Positions 1 through 10,024 of a stretch of 48,429 nt of DNA are shown piece by piece; within the stretch, counting starts at the first letter, position 1, and each line of letters begins with the position of its first letter. Below the pieces are notes generated by a model. The model saw only the letters and a program-made list of their open reading frames with translations, was not told the DNA's origin and did not search any database. The stretch is taken from assembly GCA_041691695.1 (NCBI GenBank), contig JBEPUG010000004.1, positions 1 through 48,429 of the forward strand, given 5' to 3'. Source of the DNA: Flavobacteriales bacterium (lineage in GTDB: Bacteria > Bacteroidota > Bacteroidia > Flavobacteriales_F > PHOS-HE28). The position numbers were made by a program, and so were the translations under genes.

Positions 1-1
1 A

Positions 2-1672
2 GCCAGCACCGCGGCCATAGCGCAGACGAGCGAGGAATACTATATCAACGGCGTTTACAATCCCACACTGGCGGACGTCCATAAGATCGATATCCATCCG
101 CAGCCCTTTGACAGCATCCTGCCGGAAAAGCAGATCACCTACCAGTTGCTGAATGTGAAGGGACAAGTGCCCGCGCATGTGGACAGCATCGAAGCGGCGA
201 AGCTCAAGATCCAACTTGCGCAGGAAAAGCTCTACAAGGGATTCGTGAAGGCAGGATTCGGCTTGTACACCACCCCGTTGGTGGAGGTGAACTACGACCA
301 GACGCGCTCGCGCGGCAGTGGATACGGGATCAACTTCAAGCACATGAGTAGCAACGGCGGGCTTTCCGACGTTGGGCCAAGTGACTACAGTTTCAATCGT
401 CTCGATGCGCATTATGAGGCCTACTTGAAACACCACGCCGTTCAGGGTCGCCTACTCTATGATCGTCAACGTGTGAGTTACTATGGCTATCCGAGCACCG
501 ACAGCATTGAGGATCTTATGATGCTCTCTCCGAAGCCGCCAGAGGATGAACTGAAGCAGATCTACAACGACATCGGTTTCGCTTTCCGTCTAAAGAGCCT
601 TTATCGCGACAGTACCAAATTGGCGCATGACGTGGGCCTCACCGTGCACAACTACACCAACCTCAGCAAGAGCCGCGAACTGACCATCACGTTGGATGCG
701 AAGCTGGCCATGGAACAGGGCAGCGATACCTACGGCGGTGATATCCTGGTCGATAACAACGCCTATCGCGGCGAACGTGGTGATAGCCTTAGTGAACTGC
801 AACAGAGCGGCACGCTGGTGGGCATTTCACCATATGTGAAGACCGCGAGTGACAAGTACTTGGTGAAGGTCGGAGCGGGCATGTATGTGGATGCCTTGGG
901 CAAGACCACTTTCCATTTTTATCCGCAGGCCTACCTGCAATACAGGCTCTTCGACGACATCCTCGTGCCGTACGCAGGAGTCGATGGTAGGCGCATTCGC
1001 AACAGCTTCCGCAGCCTCACGCAGGAGAACCCCTTCGTCATTGGTGCTCCTGCGTTGCAGAATGCGAGCCTGATGTACGACGTCTATGGAGGCTTGCGCG
1101 GAAGTCTCAGCCAGGACGTGGGCTTCGACGTGCGCATCAGCAAGAGCCGCACCGACGGAAAGGCACTATTCATCGGGCAGGAGACCGACTACGCGGGGGT
1201 GCGCTATGGCGATGAATTCCTTCCGGTTTACGACCGCGTCGATCAATTGGACATCGGTGGGGAGCTGCGTTACAGCCACGACGAGCACATCGATGTGCAT
1301 GGAGGTCTGCATCTCTACAGCTACAACACGGATGTACAGGCCGAAGCGTGGAATATGCCGACCTACACCATCAACCTCGGCGGTACCTATGATTTCCAGG
1401 ACAAGCTCTTGTTGAAGGTCGAGGCGCAATTTCTCGGGACCCGCAAGTCCTCGCTGCCCGTCGCGGAAGGCTGGAATGATCTCTCGCCAGCGCCGACAGT
1501 GGTGGACCTCAGTGGCTACGTGGACCTCTACCTCGGGCTCGAATACCGCTATACCAAGCGCTTGAGCCTCTTTCTGGACGTGAGCAACTTCACCGCCAGC
1601 AAGTACGCGCGCTGGTACAATTATCCGGTCCAACGCGCGCTGGTGCTTGGTGGCGCGACCTTCGCGTTCTGA
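2..1672 (+). CDS. outer-membrane beta-barrel protein (family not recognised), 5' end off-window
   Basis: Frame is open from nt 2 with no stop before the listed TTG at 146, so the gene is truncated by the window edge. It has an aromatic/Gly-rich strand-like pattern and a C-terminus ...LVLGGATFAF ending in Phe, as in OMP barrels. Confidence 0.5.
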   Translation, partial: ASTAAIAQTSEEYYINGVYNPTLADVHKIDIHPQPFDSILPEKQITYQLLNVKGQVPAHVDSIEAAKLKIQLAQEKLYKGFVKAGFGLYTTPLVEVNYDQTRSRGSGYGINFKHMSSNGGLSDVGPSDYSFNRLDAHYEAYLKHHAVQGRLLYDRQRVSYYGYPSTDSIEDLMMLSPKPPEDELKQIYNDIGFAFRLKSLYRDSTKLAHDVGLTVHNYTNLSKSRELTITLDAKLAMEQGSDTYGGDILVDNNAYRGERGDSLSELQQSGTLVGISPYVKTASDKYLVKVGAGMYVDALGKTTFHFYPQAYLQYRLFDDILVPYAGVDGRRIRNSFRSLTQENPFVIGAPALQNASLMYDVYGGLRGSLSQDVGFDVRISKSRTDGKALFIGQETDYAGVRYGDEFLPVYDRVDQLDIGGELRYSHDEHIDVHGGLHLYSYNTDVQAEAWNMPTYTINLGGTYDFQDKLLLKVEAQFLGTRKSSLPVAEGWNDLSPAPTVVDLSGYVDLYLGLEYRYTKRLSLFLDVSNFTASKYARWYNYPVQRALVLGGATFAF

Positions 1673-1775
1673 TAGCTTCCCCTAGTGACCTCGGGCGTTG
1701 AAGAGGGCCATTCCGATCCATTTCCGGCGGGTTTTCAACAGGGTCACATCTCCTGTTGGTAAAAACTGACAATAA

Positions 1776-3848
<2,073 letters not shown>

Positions 3849-3891
3849 GCCCCAAGGTCCTTCGGCGATCAACTGAAGTTGATAGCAATTG

Positions 3892-3915
3892 AAAGCCCCG
3901 TGTGAACGGGGCTTT
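3892..3915. terminator. bidirectional hairpin terminator between convergent gyrB and rpoD
   Basis: AAAGCCCCG-TGTGAA-CGGGGCTTT is a 9-bp stem whose A/T ends give a U-run on either strand. It lies between the stops at 3848 and 3945. Confidence 0.6.
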
Positions 3916-3944
3916 CTCATTCGGCTACTGTCAAACCAACGGCT

Positions 3945-4823
3945 TTAGGAACCGAGGTAATTCTTTAAGCTCCGGCCTTGACCGGCATGCTTGAGGCGAC
4001 GGATCGCTTTTTCCTTGATCTGGCGCACGCGCTCGCGGGTCAGGCCGAACTTCCGTCCGATCTCTTCCAGCGTATGTGGTTGATTATTAGCGAGGCCGAA
4101 ATAGAGGCGGATCACATCGGCTTCCCTTCCGGTCAGGGAATCCAGAGAGCGCTCGATCTCTACGCGGAGACTGTCGCTCATCAAGGCCTCCATGGGATCA
4201 GGAAGAGCGCTGTCATTCATCAAGTCGTGCATGGTACCGCTGTCGCCGTCGTCGCGAAGTGGAGCGTCCATGCTCACGTGCCTCCCCGTGTTGCTCATGC
4301 TGGTCTTCACCTCGTCCAAGGACATCTCCAACATTTCAGCAAGTTCCAACGCCGTCGGTGGGCGTTCGTGTTCCTGCTCCAGCTTGGCAAAGGCCTTGTT
4401 GATCTTGTTGATCGATCCGATCTTGTTCAGCGGAAGACGCACGATACGGGCTTGTTCAGCCAAGCTTTGAAGGATCTGTTGGCGGATCCACCACACGGCA
4501 TAGCTGATGAACTTGAAACCACGCGTCTCATCGAAGCGTCCGGCGGCCTTGATCAATCCGAGGTTCCCCTCGCTGATCAGGTCGGGCAGCGTGAGGCCTT
4601 GGCCTTGGTATTGTTTGGCCACGGAAACGACGAAGCGCAGGTTCGCCGTGCACAGTGCTTCCAAGGCATCGTTGTCTCCTTTCCGGATCTTGCGGGCGAG
4701 CTCGACCTCCTCCTGTGCCGTGATCAGTTTCACCCGACCGATCTCTGTGAGGTATTTGTCCAGCGACGGTGTGTCGCGGTTGGTGACCTGCTTGGAGATC
4801 TTGAGTTGTCGCATGCGTGCCAT
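3945..4823 (-). CDS. rpoD: RNA polymerase primary sigma factor (sigma-70 family, short Bacteroidota SigA type)
   Basis: Region 2 ([35 protein letters not shown]), region 3 and region 4 ([27 protein letters not shown]) are present. Length 292 aa. Confidence 0.95.
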   Translation of the reverse strand: MARMRQLKISKQVTNRDTPSLDKYLTEIGRVKLITAQEEVELARKIRKGDNDALEALCTANLRFVVSVAKQYQGQGLTLPDLISEGNLGLIKAAGRFDETRGFKFISYAVWWIRQQILQSLAEQARIVRLPLNKIGSINKINKAFAKLEQEHERPPTALELAEMLEMSLDEVKTSMSNTGRHVSMDAPLRDDGDSGTMHDLMNDSALPDPMEALMSDSLRVEIERSLDSLTGREADVIRLYFGLANNQPHTLEEIGRKFGLTRERVRQIKEKAIRRLKHAGQGRSLKNYLGS

Positions 4824-4981
4824 AGGAGAGGTACGATCGTTTCGGGATCGGCACCTTACAACGGCATTTACGGGCGCCGGTTACGAAACGGACCAGCCAG
4901 AAGCCATTTACCCTCATGGATCTCCGCCAAATAGAAAGACCGCCCCCGAGGGACGGCCTTTCTTGATAATGCACTATTTGC

Positions 4982-7198
4982 TTAGTTCTCGCGGCGGGGT
5001 CCACGATCGCGGAATTCGCGGCGGGGACGCTCTCCACGGTCACCATCCATGGCCGGCTCGCGCTCCACGTAGCCTTCCGGCTTTGGCATCAGCACTTTGC
5101 GGCTCAGCTTCAGCTTTCCGGTGCGGGGGTCCTTGCCCACCACTTGGAAGTCGATCATCTCGCCTTCCTTCAGCACGTCCTCAACGCGATCGATGCGCTT
5201 CCAGTCCAGCTCGCTCACGTGCAAGAGGCCGTCGGTGCCGGGGAAGATCTCGACGAACGCGCCGTAAGGCATGATCGTCTTCACCTTTCCGGTATAGGTA
5301 ATGCCCATCTCCGCGGTGGGAGGGAAGGCGATGGCCTTGATACGGGCGAGGGCGGCGTCGATGCCGGACTTGTTCTCGCTCATGATCTGCACATGGCCTA
5401 CGCCATCCTTTTCGTCGAGGACGATGGTGGTCTTGGTCTCGGCCTGGATCTCCTGGATCACACGGCCACCGGGTCCGATCACGGGTCCGATGCTCTCCTT
5501 CGGGATCTCGATGCTCACGATGCGTGGCGCGTGCTCCTTGTAGTCCGCATTCGGCTTGGTCATCGTCTTCATCATCTCGCCGAGGATGTGCAGACGGCCG
5601 ACGCGGGCCTGTTCCAATGCCTTTGCGAGTACCTCGTAGCTCAGGCCGTCCACCTTCAGGTCCATCTGGGTGGCGGTGATGCCCTTCTCGGTACCGGTCA
5701 CCTTGAAGTCCATGTCGCCCAAGTGGTCCTCGTCGCCGAGGATGTCGCTGAGGATGGCGTATTTGCCATCCGGGTCGCTGATCATGCCCATGGCGATACC
5801 GCTCACAGGTGCCTTGATCTGCACGCCGGCGTCCATCAGGGCGAGGGTGCCGGAGCACACCGTGGCCATGGAGCTGGAGCCGTTGCTCTCGAGGATGTCG
5901 CAGTTCAGGCGGATCGTATACGGATTTTCCGTGCCGGTTGGGATCATCGGCTTGAGCGCGCGGAGGGCGAGGTTGCCGTGACCGATCTCGCGGCGTCCAG
6001 GGCCACGGATGGGGCGCACTTCGCCAACGGAGAAGCTGGGGAAGTTGTAGTGGAGCATGAAGGAATCACTGCGCTTTACAAGTGCGGTGTCCACGGTCTG
6101 CTGGTCCATCTTGGAACCTAAGGTCACCATGTTGATGGCCTGGGTCTCACCACGTGTGAAGATGGCGCTGCCGTGGGTTCCGGGCAGCACGTCCACTTCG
6201 CTCCAGATGGGGCGGATCTCATCGGTCTTGCGACCATCGAGACGGATGCCCTTCTCCAGCACCACGCGGCGTACGCCGGCCTTTTGGGCTTTTTTGAAGT
6301 AGCGGGCCAGCATGGCCTTCTTCGCCTTCTGCTCTTCGGTGAGGGTGGCGACAAACTCTGACTTTACCTGGTTGAAAGCTTCGGTGCGCACTTCCTTGGC
6401 GCTGGCCTGCAGGGCGATGTCGTAGTACTTCTGGAAGGTGCCGTTGTAGATGGCTTTCTCCAGGTCGGCATCGTTCTCTTCGTGGTTGTAAGTGCGCTTG
6501 GTGTGGCTCTTGGGCACGGCGGCTGCGAGCTCATTGATCACGCGGACCTGGTCTTTGATGGCATCGTGGGCGATCTTGATCGCTTCGATCATTTCGGCCT
6601 CGGTCACTTCGAGCATCTCGCCTTCCACCATCATCACGTCACTGGCACTGCCGGCCACGATCAGGTCGATGTCTGCACCTTCCATTTCTTGGAAGGTCGG
6701 ATTCACCGTCCAGGTGCCGTTGTTGCGGATGATGCGCACTTCGCTCACGGGTCCGTTGAACGGGATGTCGCTCACGGCCAATGCAGCGGAAGCAGCGAGA
6801 CATGCCAGTGCATCGCTGGGGTTCTTCTTGTCGGTGCTCATCAGGCTGATCTGCACCTGCATGTCGCCGTGGAAGTCGTCGTTGAAGAGCGGGCGCAGGG
6901 CACGGTCAACAAGGCGGCTCACTAATACCTCGCCATCACTGGGGCGGTTCTCACGTTTGAAAAAGCCTCCGGGGAAACGGCCAGCGGCGCTATATTTCTC
7001 ACGGTATTCCACCTGCAAAGGCAGAAAATCGATGCCGTCGCGGGCCTCTTTGGTAGCTACTACGGTGGCGAGAAGGATGGTGTCGCCGCAACGGACGGTC
7101 ACACTGCCGTCGGCCTGCTTGGCGAGGATGCCCGTCTCCAGGCTGATGGTCCTGCCATTGCCGAGGTCGATGGTCTTTTTTACTCCTGTTGGTTTCAT
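4982..7198 (-). CDS. pnp: polyribonucleotide nucleotidyltransferase (PNPase)
   Basis: Two RNase PH-like halves, then KH ([12 protein letters not shown]) and S1 ([15 protein letters not shown]) domains. 738 aa, lying downstream of rpsO as in most bacteria. Confidence 0.97.
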   Translation of the reverse strand: MKPTGVKKTIDLGNGRTISLETGILAKQADGSVTVRCGDTILLATVVATKEARDGIDFLPLQVEYREKYSAAGRFPGGFFKRENRPSDGEVLVSRLVDRALRPLFNDDFHGDMQVQISLMSTDKKNPSDALACLAASAALAVSDIPFNGPVSEVRIIRNNGTWTVNPTFQEMEGADIDLIVAGSASDVMMVEGEMLEVTEAEMIEAIKIAHDAIKDQVRVINELAAAVPKSHTKRTYNHEENDADLEKAIYNGTFQKYYDIALQASAKEVRTEAFNQVKSEFVATLTEEQKAKKAMLARYFKKAQKAGVRRVVLEKGIRLDGRKTDEIRPIWSEVDVLPGTHGSAIFTRGETQAINMVTLGSKMDQQTVDTALVKRSDSFMLHYNFPSFSVGEVRPIRGPGRREIGHGNLALRALKPMIPTGTENPYTIRLNCDILESNGSSSMATVCSGTLALMDAGVQIKAPVSGIAMGMISDPDGKYAILSDILGDEDHLGDMDFKVTGTEKGITATQMDLKVDGLSYEVLAKALEQARVGRLHILGEMMKTMTKPNADYKEHAPRIVSIEIPKESIGPVIGPGGRVIQEIQAETKTTIVLDEKDGVGHVQIMSENKSGIDAALARIKAIAFPPTAEMGITYTGKVKTIMPYGAFVEIFPGTDGLLHVSELDWKRIDRVEDVLKEGEMIDFQVVGKDPRTGKLKLSRKVLMPKPEGYVEREPAMDGDRGERPRREFRDRGPRREN

Positions 7199-7208
7199 CT
7201 GTTGTCGT

Positions 7209-7225
7209 GGCGCGCCTTTCGCGCC
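7209..7225 (-). promoter_or_regulatory. hairpin in the pnp 5' leader
   Basis: On the minus strand GGCGCG-AAAGG-CGCGCC (6-bp GC stem) ends 10 nt before the pnp ATG (7198). Confidence 0.4.
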
Positions 7226-7281
7226 TTTTGTTGGTTGATTGTTTTCTATCAGGTGCCTTATTCAGCCGTAGGTCAGGCTGT

Positions 7282-7320
7282 AAAAGGAAAAAGGGCGTCC
7301 GTTACACACGGATCGCCCTT
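7282..7320 (-). terminator. rho-independent terminator after rpsO
   Basis: Minus strand: AAGGGCG(A)TCCGT-GTGTA-ACGGACGCCCTT followed by TTTTCCTTTT, about 45 nt after the rpsO stop. Confidence 0.7.
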
Positions 7321-7364
7321 TTGCCGGTAAGTAGTGCAAGGTGTGTGCTCCACCGGCGTGGAAC

Positions 7365-7634
7365 TCACTTGCGGAGGCCGAGCTTGCCGATGATGGCGCG
7401 GTAGCGTTCGATCTCGTGGCTTTTCAGGTAGCCCAGCAATTGCTTGCGCTTTCCCACGAGGCCCAGCAACGCGCTTTCGGTGCGGTGGTCCTTCTTATTC
7501 GTCTTCAAATGCCCGGTAAGATGCTCGATGCGCTGTGTGAACATGGCGATCTGGCCTTCCGCACTGCCTGTGTTGGTCTCTGAGCCACCGTAGGTCTTGA
7601 AGATCTCTTGCTTGGCCTCTTTCGTTGCGATCAT
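7365..7634 (-). CDS. rpsO: 30S ribosomal protein S15
   Basis: 89 aa; GSAEGQIAMFTQRIEHLTGHLKTNKKDHRTESALLGLVGKRKQLLGYL is typical of S15. Confidence 0.96.
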   Translation of the reverse strand: MIATKEAKQEIFKTYGGSETNTGSAEGQIAMFTQRIEHLTGHLKTNKKDHRTESALLGLVGKRKQLLGYLKSHEIERYRAIIGKLGLRK

Positions 7635-7684
7635 GGTCGTTGTGTCTGCCTCTTTGGTACCACCCCTTTGGCGGTTTGAGGGCG

Positions 7685-7692
7685 CGAATGTA
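7685..7692 (-). promoter_or_regulatory. candidate -7 box TACATTCG upstream of rpsO
   Basis: The minus strand reads TTACATTCGC, about 50 nt upstream of ATG 7634. The same TTACATTCGC 10-mer occurs at 24977-24986 (plus). Confidence 0.3.
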
Positions 7693-7707
7693 AGGATTTT
7701 AGGAATT

Positions 7708-7815
7708 AGTTGTCAGCTCTCAGTTGTCAGTCGTCCGGTGCTTCCGACACAGCAACTGCCAACTGCGCCCGATACATGCAAAACGCTTGATAACTGGACC
7801 AGCAACTGACAACTG
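7708..7815. repeat. word-repeat imperfect palindrome (CAGTTGTCAG family)
   Basis: AGTTGTCAG (7708-7716) and CAGTTGTCAG (7721-7730) face the inverted copies CAGCAACTGCCAACTG (7750-7765) and CAGCAACTGACAACTG (7800-7815). It fills the accD-rpsO spacer. Confidence 0.7.
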
Positions 7816-7819
7816 CTCA

Positions 7820-8665
7820 TCAGGACTGGAACATCCGGATGAACTGCGCCAGCTTAGCCTTTAGGTCCTTGCGCTCCACGATGAGGTCGAGGAAGCCATG
7901 CTCCAGCACAAACTCGCTGGTCTGAAAACCGGGCGGCAGGTCATGGCCGATGGTCTCGCGCACCACGCGCGGGCCGGCAAATGCAATGAGGGCCTTTGGT
8001 TCGGCGATGTTCAGGTCGCCCAGCATGGCGAAGCTGGCCGTGACGCCACCCGTGGTGGGGTCGGTGAGGATGCTGATATAGGGAAGGCCTTTCTGGGCGA
8101 GCAGGCTGAGCTTGGCGCTGGTCTTGGCCATTTGCATCAGGCTGAAGCCGGCCTCCATCATGCGGGCCCCACCGCTCTTGCTGATGATGATCAACGGGCA
8201 CTTGCGACGCATAGCGGCGTCCGCGGCCATAGCGATCTTCTCGCCCACCACGCTGCCCATGCTGCCACCGATGAATTTGAAATCCATGCAGGCGATCACC
8301 ACCTCCTGCTTGTCCATTTTACCTTCTGCGGCACGCAGAGCGTCGTTCAAGCCGGTGGCTTTGCGCGTCTTTGCCAAGCGGTCCACATACTTCTTGGTGT
8401 CAACGAACCCCAGCGGATCCCCGGCGATCAGCTTGGTGCCGATCTCCTTGAACTTATTATCGTCAAACAGGATGCTGAAATACTCCGCGCTGCCGATCTT
8501 CTCGTGGTACTGGCATTTGGAGCACACCCACAGGTTCTTCTCGTGATCGTCGGAGGTCATGATCTCCGAGCACTCGGGGCACTTATACCAGAGGCCCTCG
8601 GGGGTCTCCTTCTTCTCCTCGGTGGCGGTGGTGATGCCTTCCTTGACGCGATTGAACCAGCCCAT
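7820..8665 (-). CDS. accD: acetyl-CoA carboxylase carboxyltransferase beta subunit
   Basis: Zn-ribbon CPECSEIM...CSKCQYH and carboxyltransferase core (FIGGSMGSVVGEKI, SGGARMMEAG). Start trimmed to MGWFNR (ATG 8665). Confidence 0.93.
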   Translation of the reverse strand: MGWFNRVKEGITTATEEKKETPEGLWYKCPECSEIMTSDDHEKNLWVCSKCQYHEKIGSAEYFSILFDDNKFKEIGTKLIAGDPLGFVDTKKYVDRLAKTRKATGLNDALRAAEGKMDKQEVVIACMDFKFIGGSMGSVVGEKIAMAADAAMRRKCPLIIISKSGGARMMEAGFSLMQMAKTSAKLSLLAQKGLPYISILTDPTTGGVTASFAMLGDLNIAEPKALIAFAGPRVVRETIGHDLPPGFQTSEFVLEHGFLDLIVERKDLKAKLAQFIRMFQS

Positions 8666-8683
8666 ACGTGATGTTTGATCAAG

Positions 8684-8691
8684 CGAAGTTA
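8684..8691 (-). promoter_or_regulatory. candidate -7 box TAACTTCG upstream of accD
   Basis: Minus-strand TAACTTCG, 18 nt before ATG 8665. The same 8-mer occurs at 34774-34781 upstream of the OmpH-like gene. Confidence 0.3.
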
Positions 8692-8725
8692 AGTGCTCCA
8701 AGTTCTTTTGGTCGCTCCAACGCGA

Positions 8726-8849
8726 CCTCCCTTTCCTCCCTTACCTCCTTCTCCTTCCTCTCCTCCTTTACACACTCCACCAGGTGATCAAAGCTTAGGT
8801 GGTAATGAAAGTAATGGAGGAGAAGGATGTAAGGGGGGAGATGGGGGGT
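8726..8849. repeat. polypyrimidine/polypurine imperfect palindrome (TTACCTCC family)
   Basis: A C/T-only arm (8726-8782, CCTCCCTTTCCTCCCTTACCTCCTTCTCCTTCC...) faces a G/A-rich arm (8798-8849, ...GTAATGGAGGAGAAGGATGTAAGGGGGGAG...). It shares the 13-mer CCCTTACCTCCTT with 19105-19117 (opposite strand). Confidence 0.7.
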
Positions 8850-8857
8850 ATGATCTG

Positions 8858-9931
8858 TTATGCGATCGTCACCTTCTTGTCCAAGTAGACATCCTGGATC
8901 GCGTTCAGCAATTGGATGCCTTCCTTCATGGGGCGCTGGAAGGCCTTGCGGCCGCTGATAAGGCCTTGGCCACCGGCGCGCTTGTTGACCACCGCGGTGC
9001 GCAAGGCCTCGGCCATGTCGCTGGCGCCGCTGCTAGCACCGCCGCTGTTGATCAGGCCGATGCGACCCATATAGCAGTTGGCCACTTGGTAGCGGCAGAG
9101 ATCGATCGGATGGTCCGTGGTGAGGTCGCTATAGACCTTCTTATGCGTCTTGCCGTACCCGCTTCCCATCGCGGTATAGCCACCATTGGTCTCCGGCAAT
9201 TTCTGCTTGATGATGTCCGCTTGGATGGTGACGCCAAGGTGGTTCGCCTGGCCAGTGAGGTCGGCGGCCGTGTGGTAGTCCTTGCCGTCCTTTTTGAAGC
9301 CCGGGTTGCGCAGATAGCACCACAGGACTGTGGCCATTCCCAGCTCGTGCGCATACTGGAACGCTTCTGCAACCTCGGTGATCTGGCGCGTACTTTCCTC
9401 GCTGCCGAAGTAGATCGTGGCGCCCACGGCCACAGCGCCCATGTCCCACGCGCTTTCCACGGTGCCGAACATCACCTGGTCGAATTTGTTCGGCAATGTC
9501 ATCAGCTCGTTGTGGTTGATCTTCACGATGAAGGGGATCTTGTGCGCGTATTTCCTTGCCACGCTACCGAGCACGCCGAAGGTGGAGGCTACAGCGTTGC
9601 AGCCGCCTTCCATGGCCAGCTCCACGATCTTGTCGCCATCGAAATAGATCGGGTTCGGGGCGAAGCTGGCACCTGCGCTGTGCTCGATGCCTTGGTCCAC
9701 CGGCAGGATGCTCATATAGCCACTGTTCGCCAAGCGGCCGTTGCCGTAAAGTGCTTGGATACTGCGCATCGTTTGGGGCGAACGGTTGCTCAGGCCGAAG
9801 CTCCGGTCGGTAAAGTCGGGACCTGGCAGGTTCAGCTGGTCCTTGGTGATCGTCTTGCAGGTATGGCCCAGCAGGCTTTTCGCGTCCGCTCCCAGCAGTT
9901 CCTCCAATTTACCGGTCTTCAAGGTGCTCAT
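8858..9931 (-). CDS. fbaB: class I fructose-bisphosphate aldolase (FbaB/DhnA type)
   Basis: 357 aa with [25 protein letters not shown] and IIKQKLP blocks, which I recall as resembling E. coli FbaB (memory only, no alignment run). Confidence 0.85.
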   Translation of the reverse strand: MSTLKTGKLEELLGADAKSLLGHTCKTITKDQLNLPGPDFTDRSFGLSNRSPQTMRSIQALYGNGRLANSGYMSILPVDQGIEHSAGASFAPNPIYFDGDKIVELAMEGGCNAVASTFGVLGSVARKYAHKIPFIVKINHNELMTLPNKFDQVMFGTVESAWDMGAVAVGATIYFGSEESTRQITEVAEAFQYAHELGMATVLWCYLRNPGFKKDGKDYHTAADLTGQANHLGVTIQADIIKQKLPETNGGYTAMGSGYGKTHKKVYSDLTTDHPIDLCRYQVANCYMGRIGLINSGGASSGASDMAEALRTAVVNKRAGGQGLISGRKAFQRPMKEGIQLLNAIQDVYLDKKVTIA

Positions 9932-9957
9932 GGTATGGTTCCTTCAAAATTTGGCCG

Positions 9958-9965
9958 CAAAGGTA
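9958..9965 (-). promoter_or_regulatory. candidate -7 box TACCTTTG upstream of fbaB
   Basis: Perfect TAnnTTTG on the minus strand, 26 nt before ATG 9931. Confidence 0.45.
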
Positions 9966-10024
9966 GCCTTTCCCCGGTTTAGGGAGGCCTTTGCAGATCG
10001 CCTGATGGCCCGGCTCCCGCTCGA

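Noticed and set aside
3978-4934. 318-aa plus-strand ORF, and the neighbouring 4507-5274 and 4528-5046 ORFs
   Set aside because: They are antisense to or overlap rpoD and pnp, which have unmistakable motifs. Their compositions are Arg/Ala/Pro/Ser-rich, typical of out-of-frame GC-rich sequence.
8693-9982. 429-aa plus-strand ORF
   Set aside because: It is antisense to the class I aldolase gene and starts inside the pyrimidine repeat. The translation is Ala/Gly/His/Arg/Val-rich with no recognisable domain signature.
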